A DNA stretch of 62,437 nucleotides, from positions 1-62,437 of the forward strand of contig DASUKF010000021.1 of the NCBI GenBank assembly GCA_036278875.1. Reading direction: 5' to 3'. The notes beneath the pieces are model-generated. The model was not told where the DNA came from. It searched no databases and saw nothing but the letters and a program-made list of their open reading frames with translations. Below, in pieces: positions 26,901 through 36,509 of this stretch (its first letter is position 1; every line of letters begins with the position of its first letter). The stretch comes from Candidatus Saccharimonadales bacterium. GTDB lineage: Bacteria; Patescibacteriota; Saccharimonadia; Saccharimonadales; 2-12-FULL-41-12. The position numbers were made by a program, and so were the translations under genes.

Positions 26901-27810
26901 CGAAGAGCTGTTCGAGGTCAGGGTGCCCAAAGGTAAGGCATATTTGGCCGATATACCCGGAAAAGTAAGTATCAACGAAGAGGATGACAACTATGTACTC
27001 CAGGTTACTGATGACAAAGCGCAGTCTGCCAAGCTGACCATAGGCGACAGAAATGTTACTGTTGCCGCCAGCAGCGAAGTCGCCGTAGGCGATGTAGTGG
27101 CAGAGGCCGAAGACGGCGGCAATCCTCTAGTAGCTCCGGTAGCCGGCAAAGTATCTCTGACCAAGAAATATGTAAAGATTACCCCGGCCGGACACAGTGT
27201 CATAAGCTACGAGATTCCTACCTATAAACAGCTGGTTGTTAAAGACGGCGACACTATAGAAGCCGGCGACAGATTGACCAGCGGCTCGATAAATCTGCAT
27301 GACCTGATGCGACTGAAAGGCGTAGAGGCTACGCAAAAATACATAATGAATGAAATACTTCGTATCTTTGCCAGCCAGGGCCAGAATATAGCGGACAAGC
27401 ATCTTGAGATAATCGTCCGTCAGATGTTCTCGCGCGTCCAGATAGAAGATCCGGGCGACACCGAGTTCGTCACCGGCGATATCGTCAGCAAGCTCGCCGT
27501 CGTAGAAGCCAACGAAACTTTGGCCGCCGCAGGTAAGAAACCTGCCGTGTTCAACCAGCTTCTGCTCGGTATAACCAAGGCTTCACTTAGCACCGATTCC
27601 TTCCTTTCCGCCGCTTCCTTCCAGGATACGACCAGGGTTCTAATAAGCGCTGCTACCAGCGGCAAGGTCGACAAGCTGTTCGGCCTGAAAGAGAACGTTA
27701 TTTTAGGCCGCAGGATACCTGTAGGGACCGGTGCGGTACAGGAAGAGGACGAAGAAGATGAGTTCGAACCGAGCGAAAATTTAACCGCAGAAGTTGCCTC
27801 AGAGAAGTAA
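23971..27810 (+). CDS. rpoC: DNA-directed RNA polymerase beta' subunit
   Basis: 1279 aa. [14 protein letters not shown] catalytic motif, [32 protein letters not shown], and trigger-loop/bridge-helix regions. The ATG directly follows the rpoB stop. Confidence 0.97.
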   Translation: [1279 protein letters not shown]

Positions 27811-27868
27811 AGGTGTTAAAATTACCATGAAAATTAAGATAAATTTAAATAAGAAGGAGCGGTAAGAA

Positions 27869-28282
27869 TTGCCGACTATTAACCAGTTAGTACGAAAACC
27901 CAGGGCTAAGGCCGCGTCTAAAAGCAAGTCGCCGGCATTGCAAAGGGTATCCAACAATCTGAAGACCCGGCACTATGAAAAACCGTCGCCTTTCAAGCGC
28001 GGCGTATGCGTCAAAGTTACCACCAAGACCCCCAAGAAGCCTAACTCGGCACTCCGTAAGGTGGCGCGCGTACGTTTGACTAACGGATACGAAGTGTGGG
28101 CTTACATAGGTGGTGAAGGCCATAACCTGCAGGAACATGCCGTAGTTCTGATACGCGGCGGCAGGGTGCCCGATCTCCCCGGTGTGCGCTACCACGTTGT
28201 CCGCGGTAATCTGGACCTTCAGGGCGTAGAAAACCGCAAGCAAAGGCGCAGCAAATACGGTGCCAAGAAGGACGGTAAGTAA
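27869..28282 (+). CDS. rpsL: 30S ribosomal protein S12 (TTG start)
   Basis: [11 protein letters not shown]..., [30 protein letters not shown] upstream. Confidence 0.96.
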   Translation: MPTINQLVRKPRAKAASKSKSPALQRVSNNLKTRHYEKPSPFKRGVCVKVTTKTPKKPNSALRKVARVRLTNGYEVWAYIGGEGHNLQEHAVVLIRGGRVPDLPGVRYHVVRGNLDLQGVENRKQRRSKYGAKKDGK

Positions 28283-28283
28283 G

Positions 28284-28763
28284 TTGCCGCGCAAAGTCAC
28301 TAAGTCTTTGGTCAGAGATATACAGCCGGACCGCGTATACAACAGCGTGACGGTGCAAAGGCTTATCAACCGGGTCATGCAGGATGGCAAGAAACAGCTA
28401 GCTGAACGTCTGGTATACCGCGGGTTGCAGAAGGCTGCCGACAAACTCAAAGTTCAGAACCCTCTGGAAGTTTTCGAGCAGGCGTTTTCTAACGTAAAAC
28501 CGCATCTGGAAACACGTTCACGGCGTGTTGGCGGCGCCAACTATCAGATTCCTTTCGAGGTAAAAGGCCAGCGCCAGACGCACCTGACCATAATGTGGTT
28601 CGTCGAAGCTGCACGTGCCCGCAAAGGTATGAGCATGGAAGACCGTATAGCCGCCGAGCTGGTTGATGCATACAACGCGACCGGCGCAGCCGTGAAGAAG
28701 AAAGAAGACATGCATAAGATGGCCGAGGCTAATAGGGCCTTCGCCCACTTCGCAAGGTACTAG
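28284..28763 (+). CDS. rpsG: 30S ribosomal protein S7 (TTG start)
   Basis: MPRKVTKSLVRDIQPDRVYNS...DGKKQLAERLVY is the canonical S7 N-terminus. The GTG at 28260 in the ORF track lies inside rpsL. Confidence 0.93.
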   Translation: MPRKVTKSLVRDIQPDRVYNSVTVQRLINRVMQDGKKQLAERLVYRGLQKAADKLKVQNPLEVFEQAFSNVKPHLETRSRRVGGANYQIPFEVKGQRQTHLTIMWFVEAARARKGMSMEDRIAAELVDAYNATGAAVKKKEDMHKMAEANRAFAHFARY

Positions 28764-28766
28764 AAT

Positions 28767-29039
28767 ATGGTAGAGGCCAGGGAAGATATAAGTTGCGACT
28801 TTGACGAAAGTAAAGTGTGCCCACTTAAGTTTGCTAAAAGTAAAGTAGATGCTTTGCAAGCAGATGAGTCTTATGACTCTAGAGTAAGGGGCATAGCAAG
28901 TAACCTAACAAGAATAGACAGAGGAAGACTATATCGTTTAATTGAGGGACCTAATATTTTACAAGAGGGGAGCTGCGATAGCGGTCCTCAGAAAAATTTT
29001 GGCTTTTACGGCAAAGTTATTTGTAACGCAAGAATTTAA
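28767..29039 (+). CDS. Hypothetical 90 aa ORF in an AT-rich insert between rpsG and fusA (coding status uncertain)
   Basis: The ATG lies 4 nt after the S7 stop. Codon usage is AGA/AGG and AGT rich, unlike its neighbours. No family recognised. Confidence 0.3.
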   Translation: MVEAREDISCDFDESKVCPLKFAKSKVDALQADESYDSRVRGIASNLTRIDRGRLYRLIEGPNILQEGSCDSGPQKNFGFYGKVICNARI

Positions 29040-29064
29040 AAGTAAGTAATAAAATAGGAATGAA

Positions 29065-31152
29065 ATGGCAGAAAAGAAATATGCAATAGAAGACATCAGG
29101 AACATCGGTATCATCGCGCATATCGATGCCGGCAAGACCACCACTACTGAGGGTATTCTGTACCGGACCGGCTTGAAGCACAAGATTGGCGCCGTCCACG
29201 AGGGCGAAACCACCACCGACTGGATGGCCCAGGAGCGCGAGCGCGGGATCACTATCGTTTCTGCCGCCGTTACCTGCTATTGGAAAAACAAACAAATAAA
29301 TATTATCGATACACCGGGACATATCGATTTTACCGTGGAAGTAGAACGCTCACTACGCGTGTTGGACGGCGCCGTAGTCGTATTCGACGGCAAGATGGGG
29401 GTAGAGTCACAATCCGAAACCGTTTGGCGCCAGGCTGACAAATACGAAGTGCCGCGTATCTGCTTTATCAACAAGATTAACCAGACCGGCGGCGATTTCT
29501 ATAAATCGCTCGATACCATTCATGCGCGCCTTTCCAAGCGTGCATTTCCTATACATCTGCCGATAGGTTTTGAACAGAAAGTAAGCGGCGTGGTAGACCT
29601 GGTTGATATGAAGGCTTACACCTACAAGGAATTCACCGATAAGGAACTGGTCGTCGGTGAAATCCCTGAAGACATGCAGGATAAAGCCCGGAAGTACCGT
29701 TCATTGCTGATAGAAAACGCCGTAGCCGAAGATGAAAAGATGCTGGAAAAATACCTGGAGGTTGGCGAAGAAGGCCTATCCGACGAAGATATCCGCCATG
29801 CTATCCGCTCAGCCGTACTTACCGGACAGTTCTTCATCGTCAGTGGCGGCGACGGGCGCGGTGTCATTGTGGAAAAACTTCTGGACATAGCTACCGAATA
29901 TCTACCGAACCCTATAGACAGAGGCGGCGCACTGGGTAAGCATCCTAAGACCGACGAAGCGCTCCAACGCGAGCCGGACGCATCCAAGCCTTTGGCAGGA
30001 TTGGCGTTCAAGATAGCTACCGACCCGTTCGTCGGCAAACTGGCGTATTTCCGTGTGTATTCCGGCAAACTCACCGCCGGCAGCTACGTATTCAACAGCT
30101 CAACGGGCAATAAGGAACGTATCGGACGTATCGTGCGCATGCAGGCTGACAAGCGCGAAGAGATAAAAGAAGTAGAAGCCGGTGATATCGCCGCTATTGT
30201 CGGGCTCAAGGACACAACCACCGGCAACACGCTTTCTGATCAAAACCATCCGATAGTACTAGAGAGTATAAATTTTCCGGAGCCGCCGGTCAGTATCGCT
30301 ATAGAGCCTAAGACCAAATCAGACCAGGAAAAGATGAGCCTTGCACTGCAGAGATTAGCGGAAGAGGATCCGACTTTCCGAATCAAAGTAGACGAAGAAA
30401 CCGGCCAGACTATTATTAGCGGTATGGGCGAATTGCATCTTGAAATAATCGTAGACAGGATGAAGCGCGAGTTCAATGTGGAAGCCAACGTAGGTCAGCC
30501 GCAGGTAGCTTACCGGGAAACTATCCGCAAAGATGCCGTAGAAGTACAGGGTAAATTCATCAGACAGTCCGGCGGACGCGGCCAGTACGGCGACGTGTGG
30601 CTCAGATTAAGTCAGAATGAAACCGGCGGCGGATTCGAATTCATCAATTCCATCAAGGGTGGCGCAATCCCCCAGGAATACATAAAACCCGTCGAAGAAG
30701 GTATAAAAGAAGCTATGAATAACGGAGTTCTGGCCGGATACCCGGTAGTGGATGTAAAAGCCGAGCTTTATGACGGAAGCTACCATGATGTCGACTCATC
30801 CGAAATGGCATTCAAAATAGCCGGCTCAATGGCACTCCAGGAAGGCGTGAAGAAGGCGAATCCGGTCCTGCTTGAACCAATCATGAAAGTCGTAGTAGTA
30901 ACTCCTGAAGAATTCATGGGCGATGTCATTGGAGACCTTAACTCTAAGCGCGGCCGCGTAGAGTCCATGGATGACCTGCCCAATAGTATTAAACAGATAA
31001 CCGCATTCGTTCCTTTAGGCGAGATGTTCGGCTATACCACCAACTTGCGCAGTATGACACAGGGCCGTGCAGCCTCAAGTATGGAGCTTGACCACTACGC
31101 AGACGTACCGCCGAACGTAGCCGAAGCCATCATTGCCAAAAGCAGCAAATAA
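29065..31152 (+). CDS. fusA: Elongation factor G
   Basis: 695 aa. [32 protein letters not shown]. Domains II-V are conserved. Confidence 0.96.
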   Translation: MAEKKYAIEDIRNIGIIAHIDAGKTTTTEGILYRTGLKHKIGAVHEGETTTDWMAQERERGITIVSAAVTCYWKNKQINIIDTPGHIDFTVEVERSLRVLDGAVVVFDGKMGVESQSETVWRQADKYEVPRICFINKINQTGGDFYKSLDTIHARLSKRAFPIHLPIGFEQKVSGVVDLVDMKAYTYKEFTDKELVVGEIPEDMQDKARKYRSLLIENAVAEDEKMLEKYLEVGEEGLSDEDIRHAIRSAVLTGQFFIVSGGDGRGVIVEKLLDIATEYLPNPIDRGGALGKHPKTDEALQREPDASKPLAGLAFKIATDPFVGKLAYFRVYSGKLTAGSYVFNSSTGNKERIGRIVRMQADKREEIKEVEAGDIAAIVGLKDTTTGNTLSDQNHPIVLESINFPEPPVSIAIEPKTKSDQEKMSLALQRLAEEDPTFRIKVDEETGQTIISGMGELHLEIIVDRMKREFNVEANVGQPQVAYRETIRKDAVEVQGKFIRQSGGRGQYGDVWLRLSQNETGGGFEFINSIKGGAIPQEYIKPVEEGIKEAMNNGVLAGYPVVDVKAELYDGSYHDVDSSEMAFKIAGSMALQEGVKKANPVLLEPIMKVVVVTPEEFMGDVIGDLNSKRGRVESMDDLPNSIKQITAFVPLGEMFGYTTNLRSMTQGRAASSMELDHYADVPPNVAEAIIAKSSK

Positions 31153-31167
31153 TAATATATTTTAGCC

Positions 31168-31620
31168 ATGGCAAGTATCGAAGCCCAAGGTGAGCTGTTA
31201 AATGAGTTTGTAGGAAGGACTGAACCATCCCCTGAATTAGTTGACAGGGCCCAGGGCTTAGTAGAAGTATGGGATGAAATTAACCAGGGCCCCGCGATGA
31301 TATACGCCAGAGCCGCTAATGAAACCACTTATGACAAAATAGATGCGACTGATTCAAAAGTAATGAGAGGATTATACAAAGCGGTAATAGTCGGACGTGC
31401 TTCATTATCATTATTGATGGACTCTCCCAGAATAGTGAAGTGTATGGTAAGCGAAAGTAGTTTTGAGCGACAGTTGAAGCGGGAATATGGCTGGACATTT
31501 CACAAACCCTCTCCCAATCCTGAATATTCAAGACGCCCAGTACCTAAAAAACCTATAGTTGACTACGCTAGAGAATTAATTGAGCTGAAACAGAATGAAG
31601 GAGAAACCGTTTTAGCCTAG
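31168..31620 (+). CDS. Hypothetical protein (150 aa)
   Basis: ORF directly after fusA. TATATT (31156-31161) lies 6 nt before the ATG. More AT-rich than its neighbours. No family recognised. Confidence 0.5.
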   Translation: MASIEAQGELLNEFVGRTEPSPELVDRAQGLVEVWDEINQGPAMIYARAANETTYDKIDATDSKVMRGLYKAVIVGRASLSLLMDSPRIVKCMVSESSFERQLKREYGWTFHKPSPNPEYSRRPVPKKPIVDYARELIELKQNEGETVLA

Positions 31621-31690
31621 TTCTAGAAATCAAATAAACAACTTGCTATTGCTTGCATTTAGACGCTTTTGGATTAAAATAATTCAGAAT

Positions 31691-32068
31691 ATGTTAGTTT
31701 CCCGGGATACTTTAGAAAGTGCAGAAAGATTGGATGTATGGGCCAAAAGACGCGAGGCTTTGGCTGATAGCGCCCACTCAAAATTGAGAAATAGACAGTT
31801 CCTTGGAGCGGCAGGTGATTTTACGTTGAATCTACTCGCGAAAATACCCGAAAGTGTGCGGAAATCCGGCTTCCGCTCTCATGCAAGTACGGATGAGGCG
31901 GTAGGAGTTACATCACAGCTAGTAATAACCTGCGAGGCTACGGATGCGGCCAATGAAAGATTGTTTGTTACCGATGAAGGGCTGGCTTTAAGATTAGGCG
32001 TTCCTAAAGGGCAAATGATACCCGAAGTGCAGCTGGCCAGAACCGTCTTAGCAGACTCTGCCGCTTAA
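31691..32068 (+). CDS. Hypothetical protein (125 aa)
   Basis: ATG at 31691 is preceded by TTGCAT (31653-31658), a 16 nt spacer and TAAAAT (31675-31680). The stop overlaps the convergent aroC stop (TTAA). Confidence 0.45.
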   Translation: MLVSRDTLESAERLDVWAKRREALADSAHSKLRNRQFLGAAGDFTLNLLAKIPESVRKSGFRSHASTDEAVGVTSQLVITCEATDAANERLFVTDEGLALRLGVPKGQMIPEVQLARTVLADSAA

Positions 32069-33150
32069 CCGTTCTGAGCCTTATTTCTCAAATAGTGGTC
32101 CATTATGACCAGGGCGCTCATGGCGTCGACTATCGGTATGGCGCGGGGCAGTACGCAGGGGTCATGCCTGCCGGTAGCTTCTACTTCGACTTCGTTTTTT
32201 TCTAAATCAAGCGTCTTTTGTTTTTTACTGATGGTAGAAACGGGCTTTATCGCTACACGGAAATATATATCTTCGCCGTTACTGATACCGCCGAGTGTGC
32301 CGCCGGCATTGTTAGTTCGGGTACGGATGCGCCCGTCTTTATCCGTATAAAACTCATCATTGTGCTCGCTGCCGCGCATATCGGCGCCTGCGAACCCGGA
32401 ACCTATATCGAACCCTTTGACGGCATTGATGCTAAGCATGCCTTTGCCTAAATCGGCACTGAGTTTATCGAACACAGGCTCGCCAAGGCCTATCGGGCAG
32501 CCTCTTATCAGACCCACTATGATCCCGCCGACGGAATCGCCGCTGTCGCGAACTTCTTCTACCAGCTTTATCATTTCGTTGGCCGCGATGTTATCCGGGC
32601 ATCTGATGATGTTCGATTCTATCTGTTCCTGCGTAACCAGTGATTTATCGACATTTGCTTCGATATCACCGACCTGCTGGACATAGCTCAATATATCTAT
32701 GTTCAGCTTTTCTTTAAGATATTTCTTGGCTATGGCTCCAGCTGCTACGCGGGCCAGGGTTTCTCTTGCCGAAGCACGTCCGCTGCCGCGCCAGTCGCGG
32801 ATTCCATATTTAGCTTGGAAAGTGTAGTCGGCGTGCCCCGGCCTGTAAAGTTTTCTCAGCTGGTCGTAATCTTCAGGACGGATATCCTCGTTCTGAGCCA
32901 GAAGCATTATCGGCGCTCCGGTAGTCACGCCTTCGTAAATCCCGGAAAGTATATGCACCTTGTCCTTTTCGGCCCGTGGAGTGGTTATATCGCTCTGCCC
33001 CGGTTTGCGCCTGTCCAGTTCTTTCTGGATGTCTTCCGCTGTTATTGCCAGATTTGGCGGACAGCCGTCTATAACGCAGCCTACACCGCCGCCGTGCGAT
33101 TCTCCGAAGGTAGTAATCCTGAATAGTTGTCCGAATGTGTTTCCCGCCAT
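32065..33150 (-). CDS. aroC: Chorismate synthase
   Basis: 361 aa. MAGNTFGQLFRITTFGESHGGGVGCVIDGCPP, RPGHADY, GRHDPCV. Confidence 0.94.
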   Translation of the reverse strand: MAGNTFGQLFRITTFGESHGGGVGCVIDGCPPNLAITAEDIQKELDRRKPGQSDITTPRAEKDKVHILSGIYEGVTTGAPIMLLAQNEDIRPEDYDQLRKLYRPGHADYTFQAKYGIRDWRGSGRASARETLARVAAGAIAKKYLKEKLNIDILSYVQQVGDIEANVDKSLVTQEQIESNIIRCPDNIAANEMIKLVEEVRDSGDSVGGIIVGLIRGCPIGLGEPVFDKLSADLGKGMLSINAVKGFDIGSGFAGADMRGSEHNDEFYTDKDGRIRTRTNNAGGTLGGISNGEDIYFRVAIKPVSTISKKQKTLDLEKNEVEVEATGRHDPCVLPRAIPIVDAMSALVIMDHYLRNKAQNG

Positions 33151-33836
33151 TAATCTGTCCTTTTTATTCTTTCCATTATCTTATCGAACTCTTGGCGCGT
33201 AATCTGGCCCGGCGCCGATGCTTCTTCTTCTGTTTCCGGTATAAATATTAGCGCGTTTCCCCATAAAGCGCCAAAAACACGGGTAATTTTACCTTCTTCG
33301 CCCATGCCCAGCACAATGTGCCTGCGGTCGTTTTTCAGGAATTTTACCTTCAGCTTGATAAGCCTTAATGCATCATCGGAGGAATTGCACATGGTAGAGA
33401 GCTTTATGATGCCGGGGGAGTAGGCTTCCATCTCGTTTACAGTCTTTTCCAGTTCATCATATGCCGGAGTTGAATCATAGTTATGGTATGAGCAGATAAG
33501 GTTGTTATCTTTGCCGGAGCTTTTCAGGTAATTCAGCTCTTCCTTTTGAATGACTATATCCAAATCAACCAGACAGTTTTTACTAGTAGCAGTATCCAGT
33601 ACTTTTTTGCGTTCTTCAAAGGGCATTTTAATCGGTTCCAGATTTTGCCGGCGAAGCACCAGGATTATTCTGTCCGGGTATTTATCTATTAACTCCACAG
33701 TAAAATCCGTGTCGAAATCCTCTATATAATCCAGCCAGACTTCAAAGAAACCATAATTCTCCCCGAACTTGTCCAGAGTATCCAGCACATCCTTTTTACT
33801 CCGTTTTATAACCGGCAGGCAGTATCTGTCTTTCAT
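33150..33836 (-). CDS. aroD: 3-dehydroquinate dehydratase, type I
   Basis: 228 aa of type I length and pattern (FEVWLDYI, ICSYHNYDSTP, active-site Lys region IIKLSTM). Overlaps the flanking aro genes by 1 and 4 nt. Confidence 0.8.
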   Translation of the reverse strand: MKDRYCLPVIKRSKKDVLDTLDKFGENYGFFEVWLDYIEDFDTDFTVELIDKYPDRIILVLRRQNLEPIKMPFEERKKVLDTATSKNCLVDLDIVIQKEELNYLKSSGKDNNLICSYHNYDSTPAYDELEKTVNEMEAYSPGIIKLSTMCNSSDDALRLIKLKVKFLKNDRRHIVLGMGEEGKITRVFGALWGNALIFIPETEEEASAPGQITRQEFDKIMERIKRTD

Positions 33837-36448
33837 TTCAGCTTCCCTATAATACTTTTTCTTATGATTTCTTCTGGCGCATCTTTCCCCGTGAACAATC
33901 TGAACTGGGCGAAGGCCTGTTCCAGGAGCATCTCTATGCCGGATATGGTTTTGGCCCCGGATTTTTCAGCATCTTTTAGCAGTCTTGTCTTTAGTGGCGA
34001 ATAAACCACATCGTATACTATCTGCCCGCTTTGTAGCAGGGAAGGATTTATTGGTGATTTATCCTCATCCATACCGACAGAAGTAGTATTGCAGATAATG
34101 TCGCAATCTTTAATTTCTTCAATAGCTTGCAAGTCCGCATACTTGCAGCCGAATCTTTCTGCCAGAAGCCTGGCTTTATCAACCGTGCGGTTATATATGG
34201 TCACGTCGCAGCCGGCCCGGGTAAGTCCGTACGCGAACGCCTTGGCTGTTCCGCCGCCGCCTATTATCGCGGCTTTCTTTTCTTTTAACTCTGTGATTCT
34301 TCTAAGCGGCTCGACGGCACCTATCCAATCGGTGTTATATCCTCTTAAAATACCGTTTTCCTGAACTATCGTATTGACTGCGCCTATCTTTTCCGCAATC
34401 GGGTCTATACTGTCCAGGAATGGAATTACGAGCTCCTTATGCGGCATGGTCAGGCTTACGCCTCGTATGTCGCGGTTTTTTATCTGTTCTATGAAACTGC
34501 CGACGTTATCGGGTTTTACACGCCTGGCTTCATAAACGAACTCATCGTCTATCCCCAGCTCCCTGTAGCCTAGATTATGGATGTCGGGCGAAAGGGAATG
34601 CTTGATAGGGTCGCCTATGACCATGCATATCTTCGGCGTATGCTGTCCGAGTTTATCCAGTATATTGTTAGCTATGCGGTTGGGGCTGTCGGACGTGGTG
34701 TCGAATACGAAATCTGCATAGCGGAAATAATTTCCCTTGCGTTTTCTCCATACTTCGCCAAGTTCGCCTATGAGCGTCGGCTGGGTACTAAGCTCCGGCC
34801 GGTTCTTGTCCGTCCTGATGCGCATAGACAGTATCCTAGGCTCGGCTTTTAAAAGAAGGGTCAAGCAGTCATCGGCAAAATACTTCATATTTTCAGAATC
34901 CAACACTATTCCGCCGCCGGAAGAAAAAATACGATTCTTTTTGCGGCTGACTTCAGCGCATATATCAGACTCCAGCCTGCGGAAGCGGTCCCAGCCGTCT
35001 TCCAACACGATATCGCGGATTTTTTTGCCGTATTTTTCTTCAAGATATTCATCCATGTCTATGAATTCTTTGCCCAGCTTTTTTGCGAGTGTTTTACCCA
35101 CGGTGGTTTTGCCGCTGCCGCGCATCCCTACAAGCAATATGCTGGAAAACTTTCTCTCAACAACGCTTAAATTCGTTATCTTTTTTAATTCATCCCAAAA
35201 TCCGGGGAAAGTTTTGTCTACTACGCCGGGGTCGGTTATTTCTATGCCCGGTGTCTTAGTCCCGGCTACCGCGAACGACATCGCTATCCGGTGATCGCCG
35301 TAACTGTCTATCAGGCTTCCTGACGGCTCGCCGCCTTGTATCGTCAGGCTTTCCTCTGTGGAATCCGAGCTTATACCCATTTTTGCCAGTTCATTCTCCA
35401 GTGCGACTATACGTTCCGTTTCCTTGACGCGAAGCGAGCCTATGCCCCTGATAGTAGACTTACCCGGGGCGAATGCGGCAAGTACGGCCATGGTCATGGC
35501 CTGGTCCGGACATTTCTGCATATTCACTTCAATCGGTCGTATACTGCCGCCTGTCACTGTTATAGAGTTGTCACCGGTTTCAATTTTGGCATTCATTTCG
35601 CCCAATACATTCAGGAACTGTCTATCGGCTTGTTTGGAATCCGGGTTTAGGTTGCTTACCGTAACTTTGGAACCGTTAAGTACTGCCGCGGCGAAAAAAT
35701 AAGCGGCGCTGGAGAAGTCGCCTTCGACATGATATTTATCGGCTTCATATTTCTGGGGTTTTATCTCATAGGATTCATGATCGTAAGCTTTTACATCTAC
35801 GCCGAACTTATGCATCACGTCCAGGGTCATATCTACATAAGGCGCTGATATCTGTTTTCCTTCTATTTTTATCTCAGCAGGGGTTTTTAAAAGAGGCGAT
35901 ATTAAAAGGAGTGCGGATAGGAACTGGCTACTTGTTCCGCCGCTGATACGGGCTTTGCTTTTGTTTAGAGAAGAACTGCTTACTTTTATGGGCGGGAAAC
36001 CTTCTTTGCCTAAGTAGGTTATATCTGCGCCAAGACTTCTGAGCGCCTCTACAAGGTCGCCTATAGGCCTGTTATTCAGGCCTTCTTCGCCGGTGATTAT
36101 CTGCTTGCCTGGTACGATGGAGCATAAAGCGGTGATAAAGCGTATGGTTATACCTGAAAGGCCGGCATTTAGCTCAAAATCCTTATCCTTTATGTCTTTT
36201 ATGCTTCCTTTTACTATAAATTCGTCATTTGTTATATCTATTTTTATACCGAGTTTATTCAGGCAACGGCTCATGGATTTCGTATCGTCACTTAAAAGAG
36301 CGCCGGTTATTTTTACCGGGGTTTCAGACAATGCAGCCGCCAGAAGTGCTCTGTTGGTATAGCTTTTAGAGCCGGGCACCTCTACTGCGGTTTCAAATGG
36401 GCCGGCTACCGGTTTGATACCGGCGGCCTTTAACTTTAAGATATCCAT
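33833..36448 (-). CDS. aroA/aroK/aroE: Trifunctional fusion: EPSP synthase (aa ~1-425), shikimate kinase (~430-600) and shikimate dehydrogenase (~605-871)
   Basis: One uninterrupted 871 aa frame. AroA: VPGSKSYTNRALLAAAL, GGTSSQFLSALLL, DHRIAMSFAV. AroK: Walker A GMRGSGKTT, SSGGG. AroE: GDPIKHSLSP, TMPHKE, GAVNT, GYNTDWIG, GGGGTAKA. Confidence 0.9.
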   Translation of the reverse strand: MDILKLKAAGIKPVAGPFETAVEVPGSKSYTNRALLAAALSETPVKITGALLSDDTKSMSRCLNKLGIKIDITNDEFIVKGSIKDIKDKDFELNAGLSGITIRFITALCSIVPGKQIITGEEGLNNRPIGDLVEALRSLGADITYLGKEGFPPIKVSSSSLNKSKARISGGTSSQFLSALLLISPLLKTPAEIKIEGKQISAPYVDMTLDVMHKFGVDVKAYDHESYEIKPQKYEADKYHVEGDFSSAAYFFAAAVLNGSKVTVSNLNPDSKQADRQFLNVLGEMNAKIETGDNSITVTGGSIRPIEVNMQKCPDQAMTMAVLAAFAPGKSTIRGIGSLRVKETERIVALENELAKMGISSDSTEESLTIQGGEPSGSLIDSYGDHRIAMSFAVAGTKTPGIEITDPGVVDKTFPGFWDELKKITNLSVVERKFSSILLVGMRGSGKTTVGKTLAKKLGKEFIDMDEYLEEKYGKKIRDIVLEDGWDRFRRLESDICAEVSRKKNRIFSSGGGIVLDSENMKYFADDCLTLLLKAEPRILSMRIRTDKNRPELSTQPTLIGELGEVWRKRKGNYFRYADFVFDTTSDSPNRIANNILDKLGQHTPKICMVIGDPIKHSLSPDIHNLGYRELGIDDEFVYEARRVKPDNVGSFIEQIKNRDIRGVSLTMPHKELVIPFLDSIDPIAEKIGAVNTIVQENGILRGYNTDWIGAVEPLRRITELKEKKAAIIGGGGTAKAFAYGLTRAGCDVTIYNRTVDKARLLAERFGCKYADLQAIEEIKDCDIICNTTSVGMDEDKSPINPSLLQSGQIVYDVVYSPLKTRLLKDAEKSGAKTISGIEMLLEQAFAQFRLFTGKDAPEEIIRKSIIGKLK

Positions 36449-36473
36449 CCTACCAATAATAATTCAAAAAGGT

Positions 36474-36502
36474 TAGACAGCGAAGTTTTTATAGATTAGA
36501 AT
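36474..36502 (+). promoter_or_regulatory. Candidate promoter of the cys leader: TAGACA, 17 nt spacer, TAGAAT, 7 nt before the ATG
   Basis: -35 at 36474-36479 and -10 at 36497-36502. ATG at 36510. Confidence 0.5.
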
Positions 36503-36509
36503 AATTAGG

